A DNA stretch of 64,000 bases from Antedon mediterranea (GCF_964355755.1 NC_092676.1:12386771-12450770); one strand, 5' to 3'; positions 25,898 to 42,018 are shown, counted from the stretch's first letter. Made by a program: numbers and translations. Notes: generated by a model not told the origin, from the sequence alone.

Positions 25898-27228
25898 TAC
25901 ACAAAAACATCAAAGTGCTTAAAATCACATTTAAAACCGTTTTAGAGCATTTTTAGCATTTCGATAAAACTTTTCACACAAAAACATCAAAGTGTACAAA
26001 ATAGCTTCAAATCGCATTTAGAGAGGTTTTAGACAATTTTGTGCATTTCGATAAAACTTTTCACACAAAAACATCAAAGTGTACAAAATAGCTTCAAATT
26101 GCATTTAGAGACGTTTTAGACCATTTTGTGCATTTCGATAAAACTTTTCACACAAAAACATCAAATTGCACAAAATCGTTTTAAACCATTTTAAATCGTT
26201 TTAAACCATTTTGAGCATGTCGATAAAACTTTTCACAAAAAACATCAAAGTGCACAGAATAGCTTCAAATTGCATTTGGAGACGTTTTAGAGCATTTTGT
26301 GCATTTCGATAAAATGTGTTAACATAAAAAGACCAAAGTGTTTAGAATATCTTCAAATCACATTTGGAGACGTTTTAGACCATTTTTTGCATTTCGATGA
26401 AACTTGGTTACACAAAAACATCAAAGTGCTTAAAATCACATTTGAAACCGTTTTAGAGCATTTTGAGCATTTCGATAAAACTTTTCACACAAAAACATCA
26501 AAGTGTACAAAATAGCTTCAAATCGCATTTAGAGACGTTTTAGACCATTTTTTGCATTTCGATGAAACTTGGTTACACAAAAACATCAAAGTGCTTAAAA
26601 TCACATTTAAAACCGTTTTAGAGCATTTTTAGCATTTCGATAAAACTTTTCACACAAAAACATCAAAGTGTACAAAATAGCTTCAAATCGCATTTAGAGA
26701 GGTTTTAGACAATTTTGTGCATTTCGATAAAACTTTTCACACAAAAACATCAAAGTGTACAAAATAGCTTCAAATTGCATTTAGAGACGTTTTAGACCAT
26801 TTTGTGCATTTCGATAAAACTTTTCACACAAAAACATCAAATTGCACAAAATCGTTTTAAACCATTTTAAATCGTTTTAAACCATTTTGAGCATTTCGAT
26901 AAAACTTTTCACAAAAAACATCAAAGTGCACAGAATAGCTTCAAATTGCATTTGGAGACGTTTTAGAGCATTTTGTGCATTTCGATAAAATGTGTTAACA
27001 TAAAAAGACCAAAGTGTTTAGAATATCTTCAAATCACATTTGGAGACGTTTTAGACCATTTTTTGCATTTCGATGAAACTTGGTTACACAAAAACATCAA
27101 AGTGCTTAAAATCACATTTGAAACCGTTTTAGAGCATTTTGAGCATTTCGATAAAACTTTTCACACAAAAACATCAAAGTGTACAAAATAGCTTCAAATC
27201 GCATTTAGAGACGTTTTAGACCATTTTG
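25898..27228 (+). repeat. Tandem pair of the 676-bp HOR
   Basis: ORFs at 26297 and 26973; markers at 26173 and 26849. Confidence 0.9.
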
Positions 27229-28891
27229 TGCATTTCGAAAAAATTTGTTAACATAAAAAGACCAAAGTGTTTAGAATATCTCCAAATCGCATTTGGAGAC
27301 GTTTTAGACCATTTTGTGCATTTCGATGAAACTTGGTTACACAAAAACATCAAAGTGCTTAAAATCACATTTGAAACCGTTTTAGAGCATTTTGAGCATT
27401 TCGATAAAACTTTTCACACAAAAACATCAAAGTGTACAAAATAGCTTCAAATCACATTTGAAACCGTTTTAGACCATATTGAGCATTTCGATAAAACTTT
27501 TCACACAAAAACATCAAAGTGTACAAAATAGCTTCAAATCGCATTTGGAGACGTTTTAGACCATTTTGTGTATTTCGATGAAACTTGGTTACACAAAAAC
27601 ATCAAAGTGCTTAAAATCACATTTGAAAGCGTTTTAGAGCATTTTTAGCATTTCGATAATACTTTTCACACAAAAACATCAAAGTGTACAAAATAACTTC
27701 AAATCGCATTTGGAGACGTTTTAGACCATTTTGTGCATTTCGATGAAACTTGGTTACACAAAAACATCAAAGTGCTTAAAATCACATTTAAAACAGTTTT
27801 AGAGCATTTTGAGCATTTCGATAAAACTTTTCACACAAAAACATCAAAGTGTACAAAATAGCTTCAAATCGCATTTAAAGAGGTTTTAGACCATTTTGTG
27901 CATTTCGATAAAACTTTTCACACAAAAACATCAAAGTGTACAAAATAGCTTCAAATCGCATTTAGAGACGTTTTAGACCATCTTGTGCATTTCGATAAAA
28001 CTTTTCACACAAAAACATCAAATTGCACAAAATAGCTTAATATCGTGTTTGAAAACGTTTTAAACCATTTTGAGCATGTCGATAAAACTTTTCACACAAA
28101 AATATCAAAGTGCACAGAATATCTTCAAATCGCATTTAGAGACGTTTTAGACCATTTTGTGCATTTCGAAAAAATTTGTTAACATAAAAAGACCAAAGTG
28201 TTTAGAATATCTCCAAATCGCATTTGGAGACGTTTTAGACCATTTTGTGCATTTCAATGAAACTTGGTTACACAAAAACATCAAAGTGCTTAAAATCACA
28301 TTTAAAACCGTTTTAGAGCGTTTTGAGCATTTCGATAAACTTTTCACACAAAAACATCAAAGTGCACAAAATAGCTTCAAATCGCATTTAGAGATGTTTT
28401 AGACCATTTTGTGCATTTCGATAAAACTTTTCACACAAAAACATCAAATTGCACAAAAAAGCTTAATACCGTGTTTGAAATCGTTTTAAACCAATTTGAG
28501 CATGTCGAAAAAACTTTTCACACAAAAACATCAAAGTGCACAGAATATCTTCAAATCGCATTTAGAGACGTTTTAGACCATTTTGTGCATTTCGAAAAAA
28601 TTTGTTAACATAAAAAGACCAAAGTGTTTAGAATATCTCCAAATCGCATTTGGAGACGTTTTAGACCATTTTGTGCATTTCGATGAAACTTGGTTACACA
28701 AAAACATCAAAGTGCTTAAAATCACATTTGAAACCGTTTTAGAGCATTTTGAGCATTTCGATAAAACTTTTCACACAAAAACATCAAAGTGTACAAAATA
28801 GCTTCAAATCACATTTGAAACCGTTTTAGACCATTTTGAGCATTTCGATAAAACTTTTCACACAAAAATATCAAAGTGTACAAAATAGCTT

Positions 28892-31698
28892 CAAATCGCA
28901 TTTGGAGACGTTTTAGACCATTTTGTGCATTTCGATGAAACTTGGTTACACAAAAACATCAAAGTGCTTAAAATCACATTTGAAACCGTTTTAGAGCATT
29001 TTTAGCATTTCGATAATACTTTTCACACAAAAACATCAAAGTGTACAAAATAGCTTCAAATCGCATTTGGAGACGTTTTAGACCATTTTGTGCATTTCGA
29101 TGAAACTTGGTTACACAAAAACATCAAAGTGCTTAAAATCACATTTGAAATCGTTTTAGACCATTTTGAGCATTTCGATAAAACTTTTCACACAAAAAAA
29201 TCAAAGTGCACAAAATAGCTTCAAATCGCATTTGGAGACGTTTTAGACTATTTTGTGCATTTCGAAAAAATTTGTTAACATAAAAAGACCAAAGTGTTTA
29301 GAATATCTCCAAATCGCATTTGGAGACGTTTTAAATCCTTTTGTGCATTTCGATGGAACTTGGTTACACAAAAACATCAAAGTGCTTAAAATCACATTTA
29401 AAACCGTTTTAGAGCATTTTGAGCATTTCGATAAAACTTTTCACACAAAAACATCAAAGTGTACAAAATAGCTTCAAATCGCATTTAGAGAGGTTTTAGA
29501 CCATTTTGTGCATTTCGATAAAACTTTACACACAAAAACATCAAAGTGTACAAAATAGCTTCAAATCGCATTTAGAGACGTTTTAGACCATTTTGTGCAT
29601 TTCGATAAAACTTTTCACACAAAAACATCAAATTGCACAAAATAGCTTAATATCGTGTTTGAAAACGTTTTAAACCATTTTGAGCATGTCGATAAAACTT
29701 TTCACACAAAAATATCAAAGTGCACAGAATATCTTCAAATCGCATTTAGAGACGTTTTAGACCATTTTGTGCATTTCGAAAAAATTTGTTAACATAAAAA
29801 GACCAAAGTGTTTAGAATATCTCCAAATCGCATTTGGAGACGTTTTAGACCATTTTGTGCATTTCGATGAAACTTGGTTACATAAAAACATCAAAGTGCT
29901 TAAAATCACATTTAAAACCGTTTTAGAGCGTTTTGAGCATTTCGATAAACTTTTCACACAAAAACATCAAAGTGCACAAAATAGCTTCAAATCGCATTTA
30001 GAGATGTTTTAGACCATTTTGTGCATTTCGAAAAAACTTTTCACACAAAAACATCAAATTGCACACAATAGCTTAATACCGTGTTTGAAATCGTTTTAAA
30101 CCATTTTGAGCATGTCGATAAAACTTTTCACACAAAAACATCAAAGTGCACAGAATATCTTCAAATCGCATATAGAGACGTTTTAGACCATTTTGTGCAT
30201 TTCGAAAAAATTTGTTAACATTAAAAGACCAATGTGTTTAGAATATCTCCAAATCGCATTTGGAGACGTTTTAGACCATTTTGTGCATTTCGATGAAACT
30301 TGGTTACACAAAAACATCAAAGTGCTTAAAATCACATTTGAATCCGTTTTAGAGCATTTTTAGCATTTCGATAATACTTTTCACACAAAAACATCAAAGT
30401 GTACAAAATAGCTTCAAATCGCATTTGGAGACGTTTTAGACCATTTTGTGCATTTCGATGAAACTTGGTTACACAAAAACATCAAAGTGCTTAAAATCAC
30501 ATTTGAAATCGTTTTAGACCATTTTGAGCATTTCGATAAAACTTTTCACACAAAAAAATCAAAGTGCACAAAATAGCTTCAAATCGCATTTGGAGACGTT
30601 TTAGACTATTTTGTGCATTTCGAAAAAATTTGTTAACATAAAAAGACCAAAGTGTTTAGAATATCTCCAAATCGCATTTGGAGACGTTTTAAATCATTTT
30701 GTGCATTTCGATGGAACTTGGTTACACAAAAACATCAAAGTGCTTAAAATCACATTTAAAACCGTTTTAGAGCATTTTGAGCATTTCGATAAAACTTTTC
30801 ACACAAAAACATCAAAGTGTACAAAATAGCTTCAAATCGCATTTAGAGAGGTTTTAGACCATTTTGTGCATTTCGATAAAACTTTACACACAAAAACATC
30901 AAAGTGTACAAAATAGCTTCAAATCGCATTTAGAGACGTTTTAGACCATTTTGTGCATTTCGATAAAACTTTTCACACAAAAACATCAAATTGCACAAAA
31001 TAGCTTAATATCGTGTTTGAAAACGTTTTAAACCATTTTGAGCATGTCGATAAAACTTTTCACACAAAAATATCAAAGTGCACAGAATATCTTCAAATCG
31101 CATTTAGAGACGTTTTAGACCATTTTGTGCATTTCGAAAAAATTGGTTAACATAAAAAGACCAAAGTGTTTAGAATATCTCCAAATCGCATTTGGAGACG
31201 TTTTAGACCATTTTGTGCATTTCGATGAAACTTGGTTACATAAAAACATCAAAGTGCTTAAAATCACATTTAAAACCGTTTTAGAGCGTTTTGAGCATTT
31301 CGATAAACTTTTCACACAAAAACATCAAAGTGCACAAAATAGCTTCAAATCGCATTTAGAGATGTTTTAGACCATTTTGTGCATTTCGAAAAAACTTTTC
31401 ACACAAAAACATCAAATTGCACACAATAGCTTAATACCGTGTTTGAAATCGTTTTAAACCATTTTGAGCATGTCGATAAAACTTTTCACACAAAAACATC
31501 AAAGTGCACAGAATATCTTCAAATCGCATATAGAGACGTTTTAGACCATTTTGTGCATTTCGAAAAAATTTGTTAACATTAAAAGACCAATGTGTTTAGA
31601 ATATCTCCAAATCGCATTTGGAGACGTTTTAGACCATTTTGTGCATTTCGATGAAACTTGGTTACACAAAAACATCAAAGTGCTTAAAATCACATTTG
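28892..31698 (+). repeat. Tandem duplication with a 1,358-bp period
   Basis: ORFs 29253/29757 recur at 30611/31115. Shared variants are CTTTACAC, TTACATAAAA, GCACACAATA, GCATATAGAG and ACATTAAAAGACCAATG. Boundaries are approximate. Confidence 0.88.
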
Positions 31699-33719
31699 AA
31701 ACCGTTTTAGAGCATTTTGAGCATTTCGATAAAACTTTTCAAACAAAAACATCAAAGTGTACAAAATAGCTTCAAATCACATTTGAAACCGTTTTAGACC
31801 ATTTTGAGCATTTCGATAAAACTTTTCACACAAAAACATCAAAGTGTACAAAATGGCTTCAAATCGCATTTGGAGACGTTTTAGAGCATTTTGAGCATTT
31901 CGATCAAACTTTTCACACAAAAACATCAAAGTGTACAAAATAACTTCAAATCGCATTTAGAGACGTTTTAGACCATTTTGTGCATTTTGGTAAAACTTTT
32001 CACACAAAAACATCAAATTGCACAAAATAGCTTAATATCGTGTTTGAAAACGTTTTAAACCATTTTGAGCATGTCGATAAAACTTTTCACATAAAAATAT
32101 CAAAGTGCACAGAATAGCTTCAAATCGCATTTGGAGACGTTTTAGACCATTTTGTGCATTTTGGTAAAACTTTTCACACAAAAACATCAAATTGCACAAA
32201 ATAGCTTAATATCGTGTTTGAAAACGTTTTAAACCATTTTGAGCATGTCGATAAAACTTTTCACTCAAAAATATCAAAGTGCACAGAATATCTTCAAATC
32301 GCATTTAGAGACGTTTTAGACCATTTTGTGCATTTTGAAAAAATTTGTTAACATAAAAAGACCAAAGTGTTTAGAATATCTCCAAATCGCATTTGGAGAC
32401 GTTTTAGACCATTTTGTGTTTTTCGAAAAAACTTTTCACACAAAAACATCAAAGTGTACAAAATTGCTTCAAATCGCATTTGGAGACGTTTTAGACCATT
32501 TTGTGCATTTTGGTAAAACTTTTCACACAAAAACATCAAAATTCACAAAATAGCTTAATATCGTGTTTGAAAACGTTTTAAACCATTTTGAGCATGTCGA
32601 TAAAACTTTTCACTCAAAAATATCAAAGTGCACAGAATATCTTCAAATCGCATTTAGAGACGTTTTAGACCATTTTGTGCATTTCGAAAAAAATTGTTAA
32701 CATAAAAAGACCAAAGTGTTTAGAATATCTCCAAATCGCATTTGGAGACGTTTTAGACCATTTTGCGCATTTCGATGAAACTTGGTTACACAAAAACATC
32801 AAAGTGCTTAAAATCACATTTAAAACCGTTTTAGAGCGTTTTGAGCATTTCGATAAACTTTTCAAACAAAAACATCAAAGTGTACAAAATAGCTTCAAAT
32901 CGTATTTGGAGACGTTTTAGACCATTTTGTGCGTTTCGATGAATCTTGGTTACACAAAAACATCAAAGTGCTTAAAATCACATTTAAAACCGTTTTAGTG
33001 CATTTTGAGCATTTCGATAAAACTTTTCACACAAAAACATCAAAGTGCACAAAATAGCTTCAAATCGCATTTAGAGATGTTTTAGACCATTTTGTGCGTT
33101 TCGATAAAACTTTTCACACAAAAACATCAAATTGCACAAAATAGCTTAATATCGTGTTTGAAAACGTTTTAGACCATTTTGAGCATGTCGATAAAACTTT
33201 TCACACAAAAACATAAAAGTGCACAAAATAGCTTCAAATCGCATTTAGAGATGTTTTAGACCATTTTGTGCGTTTCGATAAAACTTTTCACACAAAAACA
33301 TCAAATTGCACAAAATAGCTTAATATCGTGTTTGAAAACGTTTTAGACCATTTTGAGCATGTCGATAAAACTTTTCACACAAAAACATAAAAGTGCACAG
33401 AATAGCTTCAAATCGCATTTGGAGACGTTTTAGACCATTTTGTGCATTTCGAAAAAAACTTTTTAACATAAAAACACCAAAGTGCTTAGAATAGCTTCAA
33501 ATCGCATTTGGAGACGTTTTAGACCATTTTGTGCATTTCGATGAAACTTGGTTACACAAAAACATCAAAGTGCTTAAAATCACATTTGAAACCGTTATAG
33601 AGCATTTTTAGCATTTCGATAAAACTTTTCACACAAAAACATCAAAGTGTACAAAATAGCTTCAAATCACATTTGAAACCGTTTTAGACCATTTTGAGCA
33701 TTTCGATAAAACTTTTCAC

Positions 33720-34660
33720 ACAAAAACATCAAATTGCACAAAATAGCTTAATATTGTGTTTGAAAACGTTTTAAACCATTTTGAGCATGTCGATAAAACT
33801 TTTCACACAAAAATATCAAAGTGCCCAGAATATCTTCAAATCGCATTTAGAGACGTTTTAGACCATTTTGTGCATTTCGAAAAAATTTGTTAACATAAAA
33901 AGACCAAAGTGTTTAGATTATCTCCAAATCGCATTTGGAGACGTTTTAGACCATTTTGTGTTTTTCGAAAAAACTTTTCACACAAAAACATCAAAGTGTA
34001 CAAAATTGCTTCAAATCGCATTTAGAGAGGTTTTAGACCATTTTGTGCATTTCGATAAAACTTTTCACACAAAAACATCAAAGTGCACAGAATATCTTAA
34101 TACCGTGTCTGAAATCGTTTTAAACCATTTTGAGCATGTCGATAAAACTTTTCACACAAAAACATCAAAGTGCACAGAATATCTTCAAATCGCATTTAGA
34201 GACGTTTTAGACCATTTTGTGCATTTCGAAAAAATTTGTTAACATAAAAAGACCAAAGTGTTTAGAATATCTCCAAATCGCATTTGGAGACGTTTTAGAC
34301 CATTTTGTGCATTTCGATGAAACTTGGTTACACAAAAACATCAAAGTGCTTAAAATCACATTTGAAACCGTTTTAGAGCATTTTGAGCATTTCGATAAAA
34401 CTTTTCACACAAAAACATCAAAGTGTACAAAATAGCTTCAAATCACATTTGAAACCGTTTTAGACCATTTTGAGCATTTCGATAAAACTTTTCACACAAA
34501 AACATCAAAGTGTACAGAATAGCTTCAAATCGCATTTGGAGACGTTTTAGACCATTTTGTGCATTTCGATGAAACTTGGTTACACAAAAACATCAAAGTG
34601 CTTAAAATCACATTTGAAACCGTTTTAGAGCATTTTTAACATTTCGATAATACTTTTCAC
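33720..34660 (+). repeat. Block duplicated at about 40340-41280 (offset 6,617), with a partial third copy at about 20820-21300
   Basis: ORFs 33868/34217 recur at 40485/40834, and 20972 is related. Shared variants are GTGCCCAG, TAGATTATC and CGTGTCTGAA. Confidence 0.82.
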
Positions 34661-37600
34661 ACAAAAAAATCAAACTGCACAAAATAGCTTCAAATCGTAT
34701 TTGGAGAGGTTTTAGACCATTTTGTGCATTTCGATAAAACTTTTCACACAAAAACATCAAAGTGTACAAAATAGCTTCAAATCGCATTTAGAGACGTTTT
34801 AGACCATTTTGTGCATTTCGATAAAACTTTTCACACAAAAACATCAAATTGCACAAAATAGCTTAATATCGTGTTTGAAAACGTTTTAAACCATTTTGAG
34901 CATGTCGATAAAACTTTTCACAAAAAAATATCAAAGTGCACAGAATATCTTCAAATCGCATTTAGAGACGTTTTAGACCATTTTGTGCATTTCGATGAAA
35001 CTTGGTTACACAAAAACATCAAAGTGCTTAAAATCACATTTAAAACCGTTTTAGAGCGTTTTGAGCATTTCGATAAACTTTTTACACAAAAACATCAAAG
35101 TGCACAAAATAGCTTCAAATCGCATTTAGAGATGTTTTAGACCATTTTGTGCATTTCGATAAAACTTTTCACACAAAAACATCAAATTGCACAAAATAGC
35201 TTAATACCGTGTTTGAAATCATTTTAAACCATTTTGAGCATGTCGATAAAACTTTTCACACAAAAACATCAAAGTGCACAGAATATCTTCAAATCGCATT
35301 TAGAGACGTTTTAGACCATTTTGTGCATTTCGAAAAAATTTGTTAACATAAAAAGACCAAAGTGTTTAGAATATCTCCAAATCGCATTTGGAGACGTTTT
35401 AGACCATTTTGTGCATTTCGATGAAACTTGGTTACACAAAAACATCAAAGTGCTTAAAATCACATTTGAAACCGTTTTAGAGCATTTTGAGCATTTCGAT
35501 AAAACTTTTCACACAAAAACATCAAAGTTTACAAAATAGCTTCAAATCACATTTGAAACCGTTTTAGACCATTTTGAGCATTTCGATAAAACTTTTCACA
35601 CAAAAACATCAAAGTGTACAAAATAGCTTCAATTCGCATTTGGAGACGTTTTAGACCATTTTGTGCATTCCGATGAAACTTGGTTACACAAAAACATCAA
35701 AGTGCTTAAAATCACATTTGAAACCGTTTTAGAGCATTTTTAGCATTTCGATAATACTTTTCACACAAAAACATCAAAGTGTACAAAATAGCTTCAAATC
35801 GCATTTGGAGACGTTTTAGACCATTTTGTGCATTTCGATGAAACTTGGTTACACAAAAACATCAAAGTGCTTAAAATCACATTTGAAACCGTTTTAGACC
35901 ATTTTGAGCATTTCGATAAAACTTTTCACACAAAAAAATCAAAGTGCACAAAATAGCTTCAAATCGCATTTGGGGACGTTTTAGACTATTTTGTGCATTT
36001 CGAAAAAATTTGTTAACATAAAAAGACCAAAGTGTTTAGAATATCTCCAAATCGCATTTGGAGACGTTTTAAACCATTTTGTGCATTTCGATGGAACTTG
36101 GTTACACAAAAACATCAAAGTGCTTAAAATCACATTTAAAACCGTTTTAGAGCATTTTTAGCATTTCGATAAAACTTTTCACACAAAAACATCAAAGTGT
36201 ACAAAATAGCTTCAAATCACATTTGAAACCGTTTTAGACCATTTTGTGCATTTCGATGAAACTTGGTTACAAAAAAACATCAAAGTGCTTAAAATCACAT
36301 TTGAAACCGTTTTAGACCATTTTGAGCATTTCGATAAAACTTTTCACACAAAAACATAAAAGTGAACAGAATAGCTTCAAATTGCATTTGGAGACCTTTT
36401 AGAGCATTTTGTGCATTTCGATAAAATGTGTTAATATAAAAAGACCAAAGTGTTTAGAATATCTTCAAATCACATTTGGAGACGTTTTAGACCATTTTTT
36501 GCATTTCGATGAAACTTGGTTACACAAAAACATCAAAGTGCTTAAAATCACATTTAAAACCGTTTTAGAGCATTTTGAGCATTTCGATAAAACTTTTCAC
36601 ACAAAAACATCAAAGTGTACAAAATAGCTTCAAATCGAATTTAGAGAGGTTTTATACCATTTTGTGCATTTCGATAAAACTTTTCACACAAAAACATCAA
36701 AGTGTACAAAATAACTTCAAATCGCATTTAGAGACGTTTTAGACCATTTTGTGCATTTTGATAAAACTTTTCACACAAAAACATCAAATTGCACAAAATA
36801 GCTTAATACCGTGTTTGAAATCGTTTTAAACCATTTTGAGCATGTCGATAAAACTTTTCACAAAAAAACATCAAAGTGCACCGAATAGCTTCAAATCGCA
36901 TTTGGAGACGTTTTAAACCATTTTGTGCATTTCGATGAAACTTGGTTACACAAAAACATCAAAGTGCTTAAAATCACATTTGAAACCGTTTTAGAGCATT
37001 TTGAGCATTTCGATAAAACTTTTCACACAAAAACATCAAAGTGTACAAAATAGCTTCAAATCGCATTTAGAGACGTTTTAGACCATTTTGTGCATTTCGA
37101 AAAAATTTGTTAACATAAAAAGACCAAAGTGTTTAGAATATCTCCAAATCGCATTTGGAGACGTTTTAGACCATTTTGTGCATTTCGATGAAACTTGGTT
37201 ACACAAAAACATCAAAGTGCTTAAAATCACATTTGAAACCGTTTTAGAGCATTTTTAGCATTTCGATAATACTTTTCACACAAAAACATCAAAGTGTACA
37301 AAATAGCTTCAAATCGCATTTGGAGACGTTTTAGACCATTTTGTGCATTTCGATGAAACTTGGTTACACAAAAACATCAAAGTGCTTAAAATCACATTTG
37401 AAACCGTTTTAGACCATTTTGAGCATTTCGATAAAACTTTTCACACAAAAAAATCAAAGTGCACAAAATAGCTTCAAATCGCATTTGGAGACGTTTTAGA
37501 CTATTTTGTGCATTTTGAAAAAATTTGTTAACATAAAAAGACCAAAGTGTTTAGAATATCTCCAAATCGCATTTGGAGACGTTTTAAACCATTTTGTGCA

Positions 37601-40600
37601 TTTCGATGGAACTTGGTTACACAAAAACATCAAAGTGCTTAAAATCACATTTAAAACCGTTTTAGATCATTTTGAGCATTTCGATAAAACTTTTCAGACA
37701 AAAACATCAAATTGCACAAAATAGCTTAATACCGTGTTTGAAATCGTTTTAAACCATTTTGAGCATGTCGATAAAACTTTACACAAAAAAACATCAAAGT
37801 GCACAGAATAGCTTCAAATCGCATTTGGAGACGTTTTAAACCATTTTGTGCATTTCAATAAAACTTTTCACATAAAAACAACAAAGTGTACAAAATAGCT
37901 TCAAATCGCATTTAGAGACGTTTTAGACCATTTTGGGCATTTCGATGAAACTTGGTTACACAAATACATAAAAATGCTTAAAATCACATTTCAAACCGTT
38001 TTAGAGCATTTTGAGCATTTCGATAAATCTTTTCACACAAAAACATCAAAGTGCACAAAATAGCTTCAAATCGCATTTAGAGATGTTTTAGACCATTTTG
38101 TGCAATTCGATAAAACTTTTCACACAAAAACATCAAATTGAACAAAATAGCTTAATATCGTGTTTGAAAACGTTTTAGACCATTTTGAGCATGTCGATAA
38201 AACTTTTCACACAAAAACATAAAAGTGAACAGAATAGCTTCAAATTGCATTTGGAGACGTTTTAGAGCATTTTGTGCATTTCGATAAAATGTGTTAACAT
38301 AAAAAGACCAAAGTGTTTAGAATATCTTCAAATCACATTTGGAGACGTTTTAGACCATTTTTTGCATTTCGATGAAACTTGGTTACACAAAAACATCAAA
38401 GTGCTTAAAATCACATTTAAAACCGTTTTAGAGCATTTTGAGCATTTCGATAAAACTTTTCACACAAAAACATCAAAGTGTACAAAATAGCTTCAAATCG
38501 CATTTAGAGAGGTTTTAGACCATTTTGTGCATTTCGATAAAACTTTTCACACAAAAACATCAAAGTGTACAAAATAACTTCAAATCGTATTTAGAGACGT
38601 TTTAGACCATTTTGTGCATTTTGATAAAACTTTTCACACAAAAACATCAAATTGCACAAAATAGCTTAATATCGTGTTTGAAAACGTTTTAAACCATTTT
38701 CAGCATGTCGATAAAACTTTTCACACAAAAATATCAAAGTGCACAGAATATCTTCAAATCGCATTTAGAGACGTTTTAGACCATTTTGTGCATTTCGAAA
38801 AAATTTGTTAACATAAAAAGACCAAAGTGTTTAGAATATCTCCAAATCGCATTTGGAGACGTTTTAGACCATTTTGTGTTTTTCGAAAAAACTTTTCACA
38901 CAAAAACATCAAAGTGTACAAAATTCCTTCAAATCGCATTTAGAGATGTTTTAGACCATTTTGTGCATTTCGAAAAAATTTGTTAACATAAAAAGACCAA
39001 AGTGTTTAGAATATCTCCAAATCGCATTTGGAGACGTTTTAGACCATTTTGTGCATTTCGATGACACTTGGTTACACAAAAACATCAAAGTGCTTAAAAT
39101 CACATTTAAAACCGTTTTAGAGCGTTTTGAGCATTTCGATAAACTTTTCAAACAAAAACATCAAAGTGTACAAAATAGCTTCAAATCGTATTTGGAGACG
39201 TTTTAGACCATTTTGTGCGTTTCGATGAATCTTGGTTACACAAAAACATCAAAGTGCTTAAAATCAAATTTAAAACCGTTTTAGTGCATTTTGAGCATTT
39301 CGATAAAACTTTTCACACAAAAACATCAAAGTGCACAAAATAGCTTCAAATCGCATTTAGAGATGTTTTAGACCATTTTGTGCGTTTCGATAAAACTTTT
39401 CACACAAAAACATCAAATTGCACAAAATAGCTTAATATCGTGTTTGAAAACGTTTTAGACCATTTTGAGCATGTCGATAAAACTTTTCACACAAAAACAT
39501 CAAAGTTTACAAAATAGCTTCAAATCACATTTGGAGACGTTTTAAACCATTTTGTGCATTTCGAAAAAAACTTTTTAACATAAAAACACCAAAGTGCTTA
39601 GAATAGCTTCAAATCGCATTTGGAGACGTTTTAGACCATTTTGTGCATTTCGATGAAACTTGGTTACACAAAAACATCAAAGTGCTTAAAATCACATTTG
39701 AAACCGTTTTAGAGCATTTTGAGCATTTCGATAAAACTTTTCACACAAAAACATCAAAGTTTACAAAATAGCTTCAAATCACATTTGAAACCGTTTTAGA
39801 CCATTTTGAGCATTTCGATAAAACTTTTCACACAAAAACATCAAAGTGTACAAAATAGCTTCAAATCGCATTTGGAGACGTTTTAGACCATTTTGTGCAT
39901 TTCGATGAAACTTGGTTACACAAAAACATCAAAGTGCTTAAAATCACATTTGAAACCGTTTTAGACCATTTTGAGCGTTTCGATAAAACTTTTCACACAA
40001 ATAAATCAGAGTGCACAAAATAGCTTCAAATCGCATTTGGAGACGTTTTAGACTATTTTGTGCATTTCGAAAAAATTTGTTAACATAAAAAGACCAAAGT
40101 GTTTAGAATATCTCCAAATCGCATTTGGAGACGTTTTAAACCATTTTGTGCATTTCGATGGAACTTGGTTACACAAAAACATCAAAGTGCTTAAAATCAC
40201 ATTTAAAACCGTTTTAGAGCATTTTGAGCATTTCGATAAAACTTTTCACACAAAAACATCAAAGTGTACAAAATAGCTTCAAATCGCATTTAGAGACGTT
40301 TTAGACCATTTTGTGCATTTTGATAAAACTTTTCACACAAAAACATCAAATTGCACAAAATAGCTTAATATTGTGTTTGAAAACGTTTTAAACCATTTTG
40401 AGCATGTCGATAAAACTTTTCACACAAAAATATCAAAGTGCCCAGAATATCTTCAAATCGCATTTAGAGACGTTTTAGACCATTTTGTGCATTTCGAAAA
40501 AATTTGTTAACATAAAAAGACCAAAGTGTTTAGATTATCTCCAAATCGCATTTGGAGACGTTTTAGACCATTTTGTGTTTTTCGAAAAAACTTTTCACAC

Positions 40601-42018
40601 AAAAACATCAAAGTGTACAAAATTGCTTCAAATCGCATTTAGAGAGGTTTTAGACCATTTTGTGCATTTCGATAAAACTTTTCACACAAAAACATCAAAG
40701 TGCACAGAATATCTTAATACCGTGTCTGAAATCGTTTTAAACCATTTTGAGCATGTCGATAAAACTTTTCACACAAAAACATCAAAGTGCACAGAATATC
40801 TTCAAATCGCATTTAGAGACGTTTTAGACCATTTTGTGCATTTCGAAAAAATTTGTTAACATAAAAAGACCAAAGTGTTTAGAATATCTCCAAATCGCAT
40901 TTGGAGACGTTTTAGACCATTTTGTGCATTTCGATGAAACTTGGTTACACAAAAACATCAAAGTGCTTAAAATCACATTTGAAACCGTTTTAGAGCATTT
41001 TGAGCATTTCGATAAAACTTTTCACATAAAAACATCAAAGTGTACAAAATAGCTTCAAATCACATTTGAAACCGTTTTAGACCATTTTGAGCATTTCGAT
41101 AAAACTTTTCACACAAAAACATCAAAGTGTACAGAATAGCTTCAAATCGCATTTGGAGACGTTTTAGACCAATTTGTGCATTTCGATGAAACTTGGTTAC
41201 ACAAAAACATCAAAGTGCTTAAAATCACATTTGAAACCGTTTTAGAGCATTTTTAACATTTCGATAATACTTTTCACACAAAAACATCAAAGTGTACAAA
41301 ATAGCTTCAAATCGCATTTGGAGACGTTTTAGACCATTTTGTGCATTTCGATGAAACTTGGTTACACAAAAACATCAAAGTGCTTAAAATCACATTTGAA
41401 ACCGTTTTAGAGCATTTTGAGCATTTCGATAAAACTTTTCACACAAAAAAATCAAAGTGCACAAAATAGCTTCAAATCGCATTTGGAGAGGTTTTAGACC
41501 ATTTTGTGCATTTCGATAAAACTTTTCACACAAAAACATCAAAGTGTACAAAATAGCTTCAAATCGCATTTAGAGACGTTTTAGACCATTTTGTGCATTT
41601 CGATGAAACTTGGTTACACAAAAACATCAAAGTGCTTAAAATCACATTTAAAACCGTTTTAGAGCGTTTTGAGCATTTCGATAAACTTTTTACACAAAAA
41701 CATCAAAGTGCACAAAATAGCTTCAAATCGCATTTAGGGATGTTTTAGACCATTTTGTGCATTTCGATAAAACTTTTCACACAAAAACATCAAATTGCAC
41801 AAAATAGCTTAATACCGTGTTTGAAATCATTTTAAACCATTTTGAGCATGTCGATAAAACTTTTCACACAAAAACATCAAAGTGCACAGAAACCGTTTTA
41901 GACCATTTTGAGCATTTCGATAAAACTTTTCACACAAAAACATCAAAGTGTACAAAATAGCTTCAAATCGCATTTGGAGACGTTTTAGACCATTTTGTGC
42001 ATTTCGATGAAACTTGGT

